Source: an uncultured Candidatus Micrarchaeota archaeon (lineage in GTDB: Archaea > Micrarchaeota > Micrarchaeia > Micrarchaeales > Micrarchaeaceae). From it: 64,000 nt of DNA. Positions within the stretch are counted from its first letter, which is position 1. Each line of letters begins with the position of its first letter. The notes under the pieces are model-generated. The model was not told the DNA's origin and did not search any database. It worked only from the letters and a program-made list of their open reading frames with translations. Shown here piece after piece: positions 19,685 to 27,922 of this stretch. The DNA is taken from contig CAVUGN010000009.1 of the NCBI GenBank assembly GCA_963741095.1, positions 62,756 to 126,755 of the forward strand, in the 5' to 3' direction. A program made the translations under genes and the position numbers.

Positions 19685-20761
19685 TCATGCGATTATGCCC
19701 TCCATCGTCTTTATCGCGGGCAGGCTGCACGCCGACGCCGTGTTGTTTATGGCTATGCAAACCTCGGCTACATAAACGTCCGCAGCCGCGTACTCCTCAA
19801 CAGCGAACTCGTTTTTCATGCTGCCGATCTGGCCCAGTATGCCGCTGTGCGTCATGTAGGTCAACGGCGCCAGCTTCGTGTTCTGCTGTGTGGTGCTGTT
19901 TGCTATGCCGAAAATCACCGCATCAGCTCCGCCAACGAGCGTTGTGCCCCAGAAGCTCGTCGGAGTGCCCCTGAACGCGCTGAAATTGGCCATGTACTCC
20001 ATCGCAAGCTTGTCCGACGAGTTGCTCGCGGCCTGTATGAAGGTGTTGTAGCCCGCGCTCGGAGCCTGGAAGCTTCCATTTATCGGGGAATCATACTCTC
20101 CGGTGAAGAAGTTTATTGTGTTGCTGGTGAAGTAGTTTGCGAAGTCCACGCCCGTCCCAGTTATATCCTCACGTGCCCAGTAAAGGGTCGGCACGTCGCC
20201 GTCTCCCAGCGCACTGTAGCCCTGGTACAGGGAGCCAAAGCTGCCAAAGCGCGATAGCGCAAGGGCCATCGCCCACCTGTTCTCCGCGCAGTATATGCAT
20301 GATATCGCCCCGATGTATATGACGCTCGGCTTGCCATTGATGATGAGTGGTTTGTACTGGGTTTGCTTCATCAGGTACACCACGCCCACATAGGTGCCGT
20401 TGCTTATGGTCTCGCCCGGTATGCTCCCGTTGAGCAGCGCCGCGCCCGCGCTCTCGAAATAGCTGTTGGGCACGTTGTTTATCTCAGCGAGTTCTGTGCT
20501 GCTCAGCGGATTGTTTATCCCGGCAAGCGTGTCCCCGACCGTCGATCCCCCCGCGATCGTGGTTGTGGTCTTCCCGCCAATTCCAAAGAGCGGGTAGACC
20601 GAATATGCTACGGCAAGCACCAGCGCTATGGCCAGCACCACGCTCAGCATCTTGAACATCCTGACCTCCTCCTCAAGCTTGCGCTTGGTTTCGGCATGTT
20701 CGTGCTCCGTGTGCCCTGCATGTTCGTGTTCGGCATGCGCCGCGCTAGTATTCTCTGCCAT
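19685..20761 (-). CDS. DUF929-like membrane-anchored thioredoxin-fold protein
   Basis: GKPSVIYIGAISCIYCAENRWAMALALSRFG. Confidence 0.8.
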   Translation of the reverse strand: MAENTSAAHAEHEHAGHTEHEHAETKRKLEEEVRMFKMLSVVLAIALVLAVAYSVYPLFGIGGKTTTTIAGGSTVGDTLAGINNPLSSTELAEINNVPNSYFESAGAALLNGSIPGETISNGTYVGVVYLMKQTQYKPLIINGKPSVIYIGAISCIYCAENRWAMALALSRFGSFGSLYQGYSALGDGDVPTLYWAREDITGTGVDFANYFTSNTINFFTGEYDSPINGSFQAPSAGYNTFIQAASNSSDKLAMEYMANFSAFRGTPTSFWGTTLVGGADAVIFGIANSTTQQNTKLAPLTYMTHSGILGQIGSMKNEFAVEEYAAADVYVAEVCIAINNTASACSLPAIKTMEGIIA

Positions 20762-20832
20762 AGAATCATCTTCCTATCCCTAATCAATTGCAGCTTTCTG
20801 TATTTAACCTTTTTGCAACTATATATTTGGGC

Positions 20833-21630
20833 ATGGAAACCAAGGCTCTGCAGAAGGAAAGGGAGACGACGCAGGCAACCATAATTGAGATGGCTGACGC
20901 GCATTGCCATCTTGATCTCATGGACCCATCGGAGATAGCCGACTGCATCAAGGCCGGGGTGATGACCCTGATCACGGACGGCGTGGACACGAAATCCAAC
21001 GCCAGGGCGGTGGAACTGTCTGACGGCAGGCACATCTTCGCCGCGCTGGGCATAGACCCGGAGCATGTGCCGAACACGAGCGACGAGGAGCTCGCATTCA
21101 ACATCGGCCTAATAAGGAGCAACGCAAAGAGGATCGTCGCGATCGGGGAGATAGGGTTGGATTACAAGTACAAGCCGGACTTCAATGCCATGGAAAAACA
21201 GCGAAGATTCTTCGAAGGTTTCCTTGATTTGGCGGAGAGCCTCAAGCTGCCGGTGTGCGTGCATTCAAGGAACGCGCTTGACGACGTTCTATCGATAACC
21301 GGCGAGCGGGACAGCAAAATGGTGCAGATCCACTTCTTCGAGGGCAACGTGCAGCAGGCAAAAGAGATAGAGCGCCGCGGTTACATGGTCTCCATCCCCC
21401 CTCTCGATTCCGGCAAACGAATGAGGACATTGAAGGAGATGGCCATAGACAACATAATGGCGGAGAGCGATGCCCCGGTGGCAGTCGGTTCGCCATTGAT
21501 GGTAAGGAAATCCATAGAGATGATAGCAGCAGCAAAGGGTATGAGTTTCGAGTCCACGGCTGAGGTAGTGGTAAACAACACGAAGAGGTTCTTCAACCTG
21601 CGCGCGAAAGCGGGCCTCATGCGTGCATGA
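20833..21630 (+). CDS. TatD family nuclease
   Basis: DAHCHL, AIGEIGLD, HSR, ESDAP. Confidence 0.92.
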   Translation: METKALQKERETTQATIIEMADAHCHLDLMDPSEIADCIKAGVMTLITDGVDTKSNARAVELSDGRHIFAALGIDPEHVPNTSDEELAFNIGLIRSNAKRIVAIGEIGLDYKYKPDFNAMEKQRRFFEGFLDLAESLKLPVCVHSRNALDDVLSITGERDSKMVQIHFFEGNVQQAKEIERRGYMVSIPPLDSGKRMRTLKEMAIDNIMAESDAPVAVGSPLMVRKSIEMIAAAKGMSFESTAEVVVNNTKRFFNLRAKAGLMRA

Positions 21631-21671
21631 CCGCCCATTAATAAATATTCGGTGCGCAATACCTTATGCGT

Positions 21672-21746
21672 GGGCCTGTAGCTCAGCTTGGATAGAGCGA
21701 CACCCTTCTAAGGTGAAGGTCGTGGGTTCAAATCCCACCAGGCCCG
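21672..21746 (+). tRNA. tRNA-Arg(TCT)
   Basis: Cloverleaf GGGCCTG/CAGGCCC; anticodon loop CTTCTAA; T loop GTTCAAATC. Confidence 0.95.
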
Positions 21747-22690
21747 GCGTATTTTACGACGACAAAGCCGGGCTCGAATCTGCCAGTCAAGCAAAAGAAG
21801 ATCGTGCCAAAAGGCGGGTTCGGGGTGCGTTTTGGCCGTCTTCCAAGCATTCAGAAAGTCGGGAAAACCAGGGTTCGGGGTTGGATTTTCAGGACTTTCT
21901 GCACCAAACAGAGGATTTCAGCAACAATGTGTCAAAACACCCGTTGGAACAGATCAGAGCCATAGTTGCCAAAGTTCACACAAGACGCTTCAGACGCAGA
22001 AAAGAGCCACGTTACGGCACCATCAACAAAGGCTTCACCGAACTTGAGCTGCAACGCTTCCTAAGAAGCGTCAAGAACGACAAGTTCGGGCTTCTTTTCA
22101 AGTACCAGGCCTTCATGGGCCTTCGAGTTGGAGAAGTCAGCAAGTTGCACGTAAGCAACATCGACTTCGACAAACGAGAGCTCACAATACTTAGTGAAAA
22201 ATCTTCCAAGATGGACTCTCTCATAATTCCTTTGGACTTGTTCAAAGAGACCATATCATTCATAAATCAGAACAAAGAGGCCATTGAGTCAGCGCACGGC
22301 TTCATTTTCTTCAAAGAAAACGACAACAATCACAACGAGGTTCCGCACGTAGACCTTGATTACGTCAGAAAGGTCTTCCGAGAATCTGTAGCGCGAGCCA
22401 ATGTAGACCAAATCTATGCCTATTCAGAAGAGACAACCGTCGGGCATAAAGAAAGACCATTACATCGGCTTACAACGCACAGCCTACGCCACTACGCGAT
22501 AACACACTTCGCCAAGGCTACGAATGGAAATATCGTCTTATCCTCTAGGTTCGCCAGACATGCCAGTCCTTCCACAACTATGCGCTATATCGCAAAAGAC
22601 AAAGAACAGCTTTACAATGAGATAGATAACGCATTCACAAACAGCAAAATCGAAGCAATAAAAGTTCTAGCTAATAGACACAGATTATAA
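21710..22690 (+). CDS. tyrosine integrase (C-terminal/catalytic part; start uncertain)
   Basis: GLRVGEV, HSLRH, ARH, TMRY catalytic set; frame open through att. Confidence 0.9.
   Translation, partial: KVKVVGSNPTRPGVFYDDKAGLESASQAKEDRAKRRVRGAFWPSSKHSESRENQGSGLDFQDFLHQTEDFSNNVSKHPLEQIRAIVAKVHTRRFRRRKEPRYGTINKGFTELELQRFLRSVKNDKFGLLFKYQAFMGLRVGEVSKLHVSNIDFDKRELTILSEKSSKMDSLIIPLDLFKETISFINQNKEAIESAHGFIFFKENDNNHNEVPHVDLDYVRKVFRESVARANVDQIYAYSEETTVGHKERPLHRLTTHSLRHYAITHFAKATNGNIVLSSRFARHASPSTTMRYIAKDKEQLYNEIDNAFTNSKIEAIKVLANRHRL
21711..21746 (+). repeat. left att core (tRNA 3' part)
   Basis: AGGTGAAGGTCGTGGGTTCAAATCCCACCAGGCCCG. Confidence 0.95.
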
Positions 22691-22800
22691 TCATGCTGTC
22701 CTGCACTCTTCAAATGGCAAAACCCAAGTAATCGTCAAAAGCCGAAACTAAAAGTAAGTTATAAATATTATATAAATCACAGCACATAATAGTGATTATA

Positions 22801-23415
22801 ATGTCAGTACAAGGATCAAAAAGTGTTCCAACATCTCAGCAGGTGCGAGAAGGGATTTCCGAGGTATTTTTCACTGAAAAGACTGTAAAGAGCTCGGAGG
22901 CAGTCGCAGCAGTGCCGAAAGGCTACAGAATGGCTCGGCCCGATGAAGTTGCTTTAAACTGGAAAGAAAGTCCAGCATTTCTGAAAGCATTGTATGATCT
23001 TCCATGCGCGGTTTGGTCGGATCAAACAGGACTGACTTCTTCAGGACCTCATAAAATAGATGAGAATGGCAAATCGGTAAAGATAACAGAAGCTGAATTT
23101 ATGGCACTTGACGCTAAAGACAGAAGCTGGCATTATTCAGGAACCGGCCTTGTGGCCCTCCTCGGCTACCACTACTGGGGCGGGGGCGGGAGCTTGGACG
23201 TCAATGCGGGTGCGAGGTCTGACCTTGCTGCCCGGGTGGCTTATGTCGCCCTCGAAGAGGGCGCGCAAAAATCTGGAAACTCGAATACTGAACTAGCCTC
23301 CCTGGTTCGAGAAACTCTACCTCCGATAATTGCTGTGCTAGAGCCATCAACGAAGCCAGAAATACTAGAGAATCTAAGAAGTCTGCTAAGAGCGGCATCA
23401 GAAACGAAGGAATAA
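22801..23415 (+). CDS. DGR target (variable) protein
   Basis: Contains the VR matching TR; AT-rich TATA-like sequence upstream. Confidence 0.9.
   Translation: MSVQGSKSVPTSQQVREGISEVFFTEKTVKSSEAVAAVPKGYRMARPDEVALNWKESPAFLKALYDLPCAVWSDQTGLTSSGPHKIDENGKSVKITEAEFMALDAKDRSWHYSGTGLVALLGYHYWGGGGSLDVNAGARSDLAARVAYVALEEGAQKSGNSNTELASLVRETLPPIIAVLEPSTKPEILENLRSLLRAASETKE
23145..23241 (+). repeat. DGR variable repeat (VR)
   Basis: 97 bp aligning to TR with 16 substitutions at TR adenines, 2 other substitutions and one 3-nt gap. Confidence 0.93.
23247..23263 (+). promoter_or_regulatory. DGR cis-acting hairpin with GAA triloop
   Basis: CGCCCTC-GAA-GAGGGCG just 3' of VR, absent after TR. Confidence 0.75.
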
Positions 23416-23443
23416 ATATCTGATGCTGTCTTACTCTTTTTTA

Positions 23444-23621
23444 CCTAGGTTTGCATGGAGAAATCCTGCAAAACATCGCGGAAGCGATGGGTGTAAGCCT
23501 AGGAGCCACACACCCGTCTACAGTGCTAGCAACAATTAGGCATGCTAGACATGAAATTCAGCAGCGACACTGAGTAAGTATCAACTGAAATCGTGAAGCT
23601 GCGGTGCGCCACGAAAGTGGC
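23444..23621 (+). ncRNA. putative structured RNA upstream of TR
   Basis: Multiple stems, three capped by GNRA loops (GAAA, GGAA, GAAA); no ORF of 60 aa or more. Confidence 0.55.
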
Positions 23622-23646
23622 ATATAAAGTAGATGGATTAGCATTG

Positions 23647-23746
23647 CGGCCTTGTGGCCCTCAACGGCAACTACAACAACTGGAACAGGGACAGAAGGTT
23701 GAACGTCAATGCGGATGCGAGGTCTGACAATGCTGCTCGAATGGCT
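23647..23746 (+). repeat. DGR template repeat (TR)
   Basis: AAC-rich copy of VR, 35 nt upstream of the RT start. Confidence 0.93.
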
Positions 23747-23781
23747 CTTGTTTACATCCTAGGTCCACATTTGGTAATCCT

Positions 23782-24911
23782 ATGGAAACCTACAGAGACC
23801 TTTACACTAAGCTTTGCTCTTATGATAACCTTGAATTGGCTTGGTTAAGAGCAAGAAAAAGAAAGACACTCAAGGAATACGTCATAGAATTCGAATCGGA
23901 TTTAGACTGGAATATAAAACAGTTGAAACACGAGCTAGAAACCTTCACATATTCACCAGCTCCGCTTACTACATTCATCATAAAAGACCCAAAAACCAGA
24001 AAAATAAGCGCAGCGCATTTCAGGGACCGCATCATACACCATGCGATATGCAACATAATAGCACCCATTTTTGAAAAGGATTTCATCTACGATTCCTTCG
24101 CCAATCAAAAACACAAGGGGACGCACATGGCAATCAAGAGACTAGAGAAATTCATGAGAAAAGTAAGTAGCAACCACAAAGCGGTGCGGGGGGGCAAAGT
24201 AAACTTTTTATCAACAAAAGCAATACCGGATACGCCCTTAAAGCCGATGTGCGTCATTATTTCGACACTGTCGATCATCAGATATTATTGTACATTGTAG
24301 AACGTAAAATAAAGGATGCTAATCTTATTTGGCTAATAAAAAAGATACTTGAAAACCATAAAACCGTTATTGCAGGCAAAGGAATGCCGCTTGGTAACTT
24401 AACCTCGCAATTTTTTGCAAACGTCTACCTAAACGAATTTGACCACTTCGTTAAACAGGTGCTAAAGGCAAAATATTACATCAGGTACGTAGACGATTTT
24501 ATAATTCTCCATAAAGACAAGAAAGTGCTGGAAAAATGGAAAGTCGCGATAGACACATTCTTGAAAATTAACCTGAAGATAGAACTTCATCCAGAAAAAT
24601 CAAGAATAGTGCCCATAGTGCGGGGCATAACCATGTTAGGATTCAGAATTTTTCATCATCACAGGCTCCTTAAGAAGAGCAACGCTCGAAGAATTTGGAA
24701 ACGCTTAGAAAGATTCCAAGAAAGAACTGATACGGGCAAAATGACCGTAGACGAAGCAGCACGAAGCATGGAAGGCTGGCTTGCGTATGCCCGCTTTGCC
24801 AATACGTATAACCTGAGAAAAAGAGTTGCTGCAAGATTTAACGCTTTATTCATAAAGAATCCTTCAGTCCTTCAAGCATATCCCGTTCGCTCTGCTCCGC
24901 AAGGCCCATAA
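23782..24911 (+). CDS. DGR reverse transcriptase, split by a frameshift at G7 (24188-24194)
   Basis: PKTRKISAAHFRDRIIHHA; KADVRHYFD; GMPLGNLTSQFFANVYL; YIRYVDDF. Confidence 0.93.
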
Positions 24912-24930
24912 TAAACTCGTTTCGACATGC

Positions 24931-25191
24931 TTAAGCCAACAACCTGTTAAACTCGTCCACTGACAGGTCCGCTTCCCGCATTATAGTACGCACCATCCCC
25001 TTGCCAATCGGCTTGTGGGCAGGCACTACAATCATGTTCTCGGGATTCCTTTCTCCAAAAATAGAAGCATATCTTTCCATGTCTGCAAGCTGCATCACGA
25101 TATGGCTGCCCCTCTGGTGGCTGATAATGTAGCCTGCTCTGGTCAGGGCCTTCACCACCCTGTCATAATCTATTGGTACCAGCCTAGACAC
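24931..25191 (-). CDS. hicA: HicA family toxin
   Basis: QRGSHI, VVPAH, GMVRTIMREA. Confidence 0.9.
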   Translation of the reverse strand: MSRLVPIDYDRVVKALTRAGYIISHQRGSHIVMQLADMERYASIFGERNPENMIVVPAHKPIGKGMVRTIMREADLSVDEFNRLLA

Positions 25192-25393
25192 TTACCTGCA
25201 CCATCGCCACGGGCACAGGGTTGCCGTGTTTTTTGAGTGCTTCCAGGTATGCCTGTATCGCTTCCTTGACGTTCTTCATCAGTTCCTTGCGCGTCCTGCC
25301 TTCGGTGGCGCAGCCCGGAAGGTCAAGCACCTTTGCTACATACATGTTGTCTTCGTCCTTTTCTATTATGACCCTGTACTTCATCCTTTCCAT
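25184..25393 (-). CDS. hicB: HicB family antitoxin (short)
   Basis: DLPGCATEG, NVKEAIQAYLE. Confidence 0.9.
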   Translation of the reverse strand: MERMKYRVIIEKDEDNMYVAKVLDLPGCATEGRTRKELMKNVKEAIQAYLEALKKHGNPVPVAMVQVSV

Positions 25394-25942
25394 GGTTATA
25401 TCATGGTTGTGCGGATATTAAATCTTTTCCTCGGGTCGCACATCTCTATCGCCTTGCTTTGCAAGGCTCACGAGGTGCCTCCCTAAGCCAGCAACCTGGC
25501 AGTTCAAGGAACCTTACTGCGCCGCTTTTTGCCCCCACTCAAAAAGCGGCCGTTTCTGATGAAACTCTTTTTCAAAGAGTTTCCGCTTGAGCCCGCCGAC
25601 CGACGCCGAAGGCGTCGCTGGAGGCGGGCGAAGGCTTCTTAAGACGAACTGTGGGCGTATGTAGGTCGTAACTTAATGGTAAGTAGCTCTCTCGATAAAA
25701 TTTCGCTCCAAAAAACCTGTCGACGAAGCCGTTCTTAAGACGATTTCAAAAAATCATCTTAAGTCTCTGGCGTCATCTTTAGTTTTTTGATCGGGTCGAA
25801 ATTTGTACGGAACCGCACCCGAAATGCGTATAAATCCTAAGCGCGTAGAAACATTGAAATTCGTGGTTCAATTGCGTCAAACGATCAGGGTTCGGGGTTG
25901 CCATGGAAAACTCAAAAAGACGAGAGAATTTGCTTGGAAGAG

Positions 25943-25978
25943 AGGTGAAGGTCGTGGGTTCAAATCCCACCAGGCCCG
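25943..25978 (+). repeat. right att core
   Basis: Identical to 21711-21746. Confidence 0.95.
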
Positions 25979-25994
25979 CTGTTTCAGTGATTCC

Positions 25995-26432
25995 ATACCG
26001 GACAAAAGATTTTTCATAGGCGTAAAGGCGCTGATCACCGACTCCAAAGGCAAGTTGCTCATAATGCGTAAAGCGCCTGGGTCTACCGACAGATGGAAAC
26101 CTTTCTGGGACCTTCCAGGCGGCAAGATGCAGCAAGCCGGGATAAAAGAGACGCTGCTCAAGGAGGCGAAAGAGGAACTGGGCATAAGCAACTTGAGGAT
26201 AGGGCCCCTGTTCGATGTCGCGATATCCAATTTCAACATACATGATCGCGAAGGCGCAGTCTTGGGCGGCCTGCTCTATGTCCTGTACGAATGCAAGCTA
26301 CCCGCCGGTTCAAAGTTGAAGCTCAGCGAGGAGCACAGCGAGTACAAATGGGTCAGTCCAAACGAGGCAAAAGAGCTGCTGTCCTTCATGCTGCCCAGAG
26401 ATCTCCTCGAAAAATTGGCTACAAGTTTGTAG
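25995..26432 (+). CDS. NUDIX hydrolase, probable ATA start
   Basis: WDLPGGK...KEAKEELG; EHSEYKWV. Confidence 0.85.
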   Translation: MPDKRFFIGVKALITDSKGKLLIMRKAPGSTDRWKPFWDLPGGKMQQAGIKETLLKEAKEELGISNLRIGPLFDVAISNFNIHDREGAVLGGLLYVLYECKLPAGSKLKLSEEHSEYKWVSPNEAKELLSFMLPRDLLEKLATSL

Positions 26433-26831
26433 AAAAGACTTAAGAACGATTGCATTCTAACAAACACTTACGCGGTAGAATGTCAATAACATCATTTGAG
26501 TTTAGTCAGAGGAGTATGCCTGCCGGATGGCGGTATAGCTTCCTCTTGTAATGTCCCAGACAGCGCAAGCAGCCTCTTTCTCATGTTTCTATGGCAAATT
26601 GCATAACCCATAGAGCATCTTCTCCATCAGTTTTCGATCATAACACACCAAGCAGCTCTGCTGCTTGCGCTATTTCTCGCTAAAGTGGTTGAAATGACAA
26701 CGATGATAGGAAGAACGGATAGACAAGACACAGGGACTGTTGTAACGAACGCGGTCATGGTAGAGTCATCTTTCCAATTGTACAGCCGGCAGATCGACGT
26801 GACGCCGCATACGATGCATGGAAGAAAGATA

Positions 26832-27650
26832 ATGGAAAACGGCTGCATACTCGATACCTCAAAGCCAGTGCTGGCCAGCAGGAACTGGAAGCATGAAGAC
26901 ACAACTGTGCAAGTCGGGAATGTGAGAATCGGCGGCGATAAATTAGTCGTCATGGCCGGTCCCTGCTCCGTAGAGAGCGGGCAGCAGATGTGGGATACTG
27001 CGGTTGCCGTAAAGAGATCAGGAGCTGCGATGCTGCGCGGTGGAGCCTTCAAACCCCGCACCACACCCTACTCCTTCCAAGGATTCGGAGAAGAGGGCTT
27101 GAAGATATTGAAGGACGTGGGAATGAGGCTCGACATGCCTGTTGTATCCGAGATACTCTCGCCCAATCAGATTGAGATGTTCGAGCGCATAGGCATAGAC
27201 ATGATACAGATAGGCACAAGGAATGCGCAGAACTACGACCTGATAAGCGAAGTCGCAAGATCCGGAATACCAATGCTGCTGAAAAGAGGGCCGGGAAGCA
27301 CGCTGGATGAGTGGATGGGCGCGGCGGAGTACGCTCTGCTTAGGGGCAATGGCAACGTCGTGCTCTGCGAGCGCGGCATCAGGACCTTCTCGAACGACAT
27401 GCGATACACCTTGGATATTCCCGGGATATTCTCCATGCAGCGCATGACGCATCTTCCGATTGGCGCAGATCCGAGCCATGCTGCTGGGAAAACCGAGAAC
27501 GTGGCGCCATTGACGCTTGCTGCGAATGGAGTTGGGATTTCGTTCCTATTGATAGAGGTGCACTGCAATCCAAGAAATGCTCTGAGCGACGCCGAACAGC
27601 AGCTCAACCCCATGCAATTCGCGGATCTGATGGAAAAACTGAGAAGATAA
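26832..27650 (+). CDS. aroF: DAHP synthase, class I-beta
   Basis: [35 protein letters not shown]; start uncertain. Confidence 0.92.
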   Translation: MENGCILDTSKPVLASRNWKHEDTTVQVGNVRIGGDKLVVMAGPCSVESGQQMWDTAVAVKRSGAAMLRGGAFKPRTTPYSFQGFGEEGLKILKDVGMRLDMPVVSEILSPNQIEMFERIGIDMIQIGTRNAQNYDLISEVARSGIPMLLKRGPGSTLDEWMGAAEYALLRGNGNVVLCERGIRTFSNDMRYTLDIPGIFSMQRMTHLPIGADPSHAAGKTENVAPLTLAANGVGISFLLIEVHCNPRNALSDAEQQLNPMQFADLMEKLRR

Positions 27651-27659
27651 GATGAGAAA

Positions 27660-27860
27660 ATGGCACACGGACACCACCACTATAAAGGGCACAACCACCA
27701 CGACCACTTCGACATCAACAGGTGCTACGGGCATCTGTTGCGTAATGACGGGACGCTGCGGCCTTTCAATCCATCCTCTAATTCGGGGCGTGCATCAGAA
27801 GCGCTGAACAAGCAGCCAAACGTGGCGCCACTAAGAAATCCGCACATCCAGAAGAGATGA
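27660..27860 (+). CDS. small His-rich hypothetical protein
   Basis: MAHGHHHYKGHNHHDH. Confidence 0.4.
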   Translation: MAHGHHHYKGHNHHDHFDINRCYGHLLRNDGTLRPFNPSSNSGRASEALNKQPNVAPLRNPHIQKR

Positions 27861-27922
27861 TCAATGGCATGCAAACCAGTTAACTATAAATATCACATGC
27901 AACTGACAAGAAAGCGATGGAA

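Larger units (their letters stand above)
21711..25978. mobile_element. tRNA-Arg-integrated element (integrase, DGR, hicBA)
   Basis: Bounded by 36-bp identical direct repeats of the tRNA 3' part; adjacent tyrosine recombinase; interior visibly AT-richer. Confidence 0.92.

Noticed and set aside
21623-21709. Integrase N-terminus as given in the ORF track
   Set aside because: It runs through the host tRNA and its promoter, outside the element boundary.
23654-23848. 64-aa ORF as an accessory gene
   Set aside because: It is the open frame through TR, overlaps the RT start and does not resemble Avd.
23782-24911. RT as group II intron, retron or CRISPR-associated RT
   Set aside because: Adjacent TR/VR with adenine bias, the LGNLTSQ motif and small size fit a DGR; no cas genes in the window.
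25943-25978. Second tRNA gene
   Set aside because: Only the 3' 36 nt are present; it is the att duplication.
25803-25994. Long N-terminal extension of the NUDIX protein
   Set aside because: Chance read-through across att; the domain starts near 25995.
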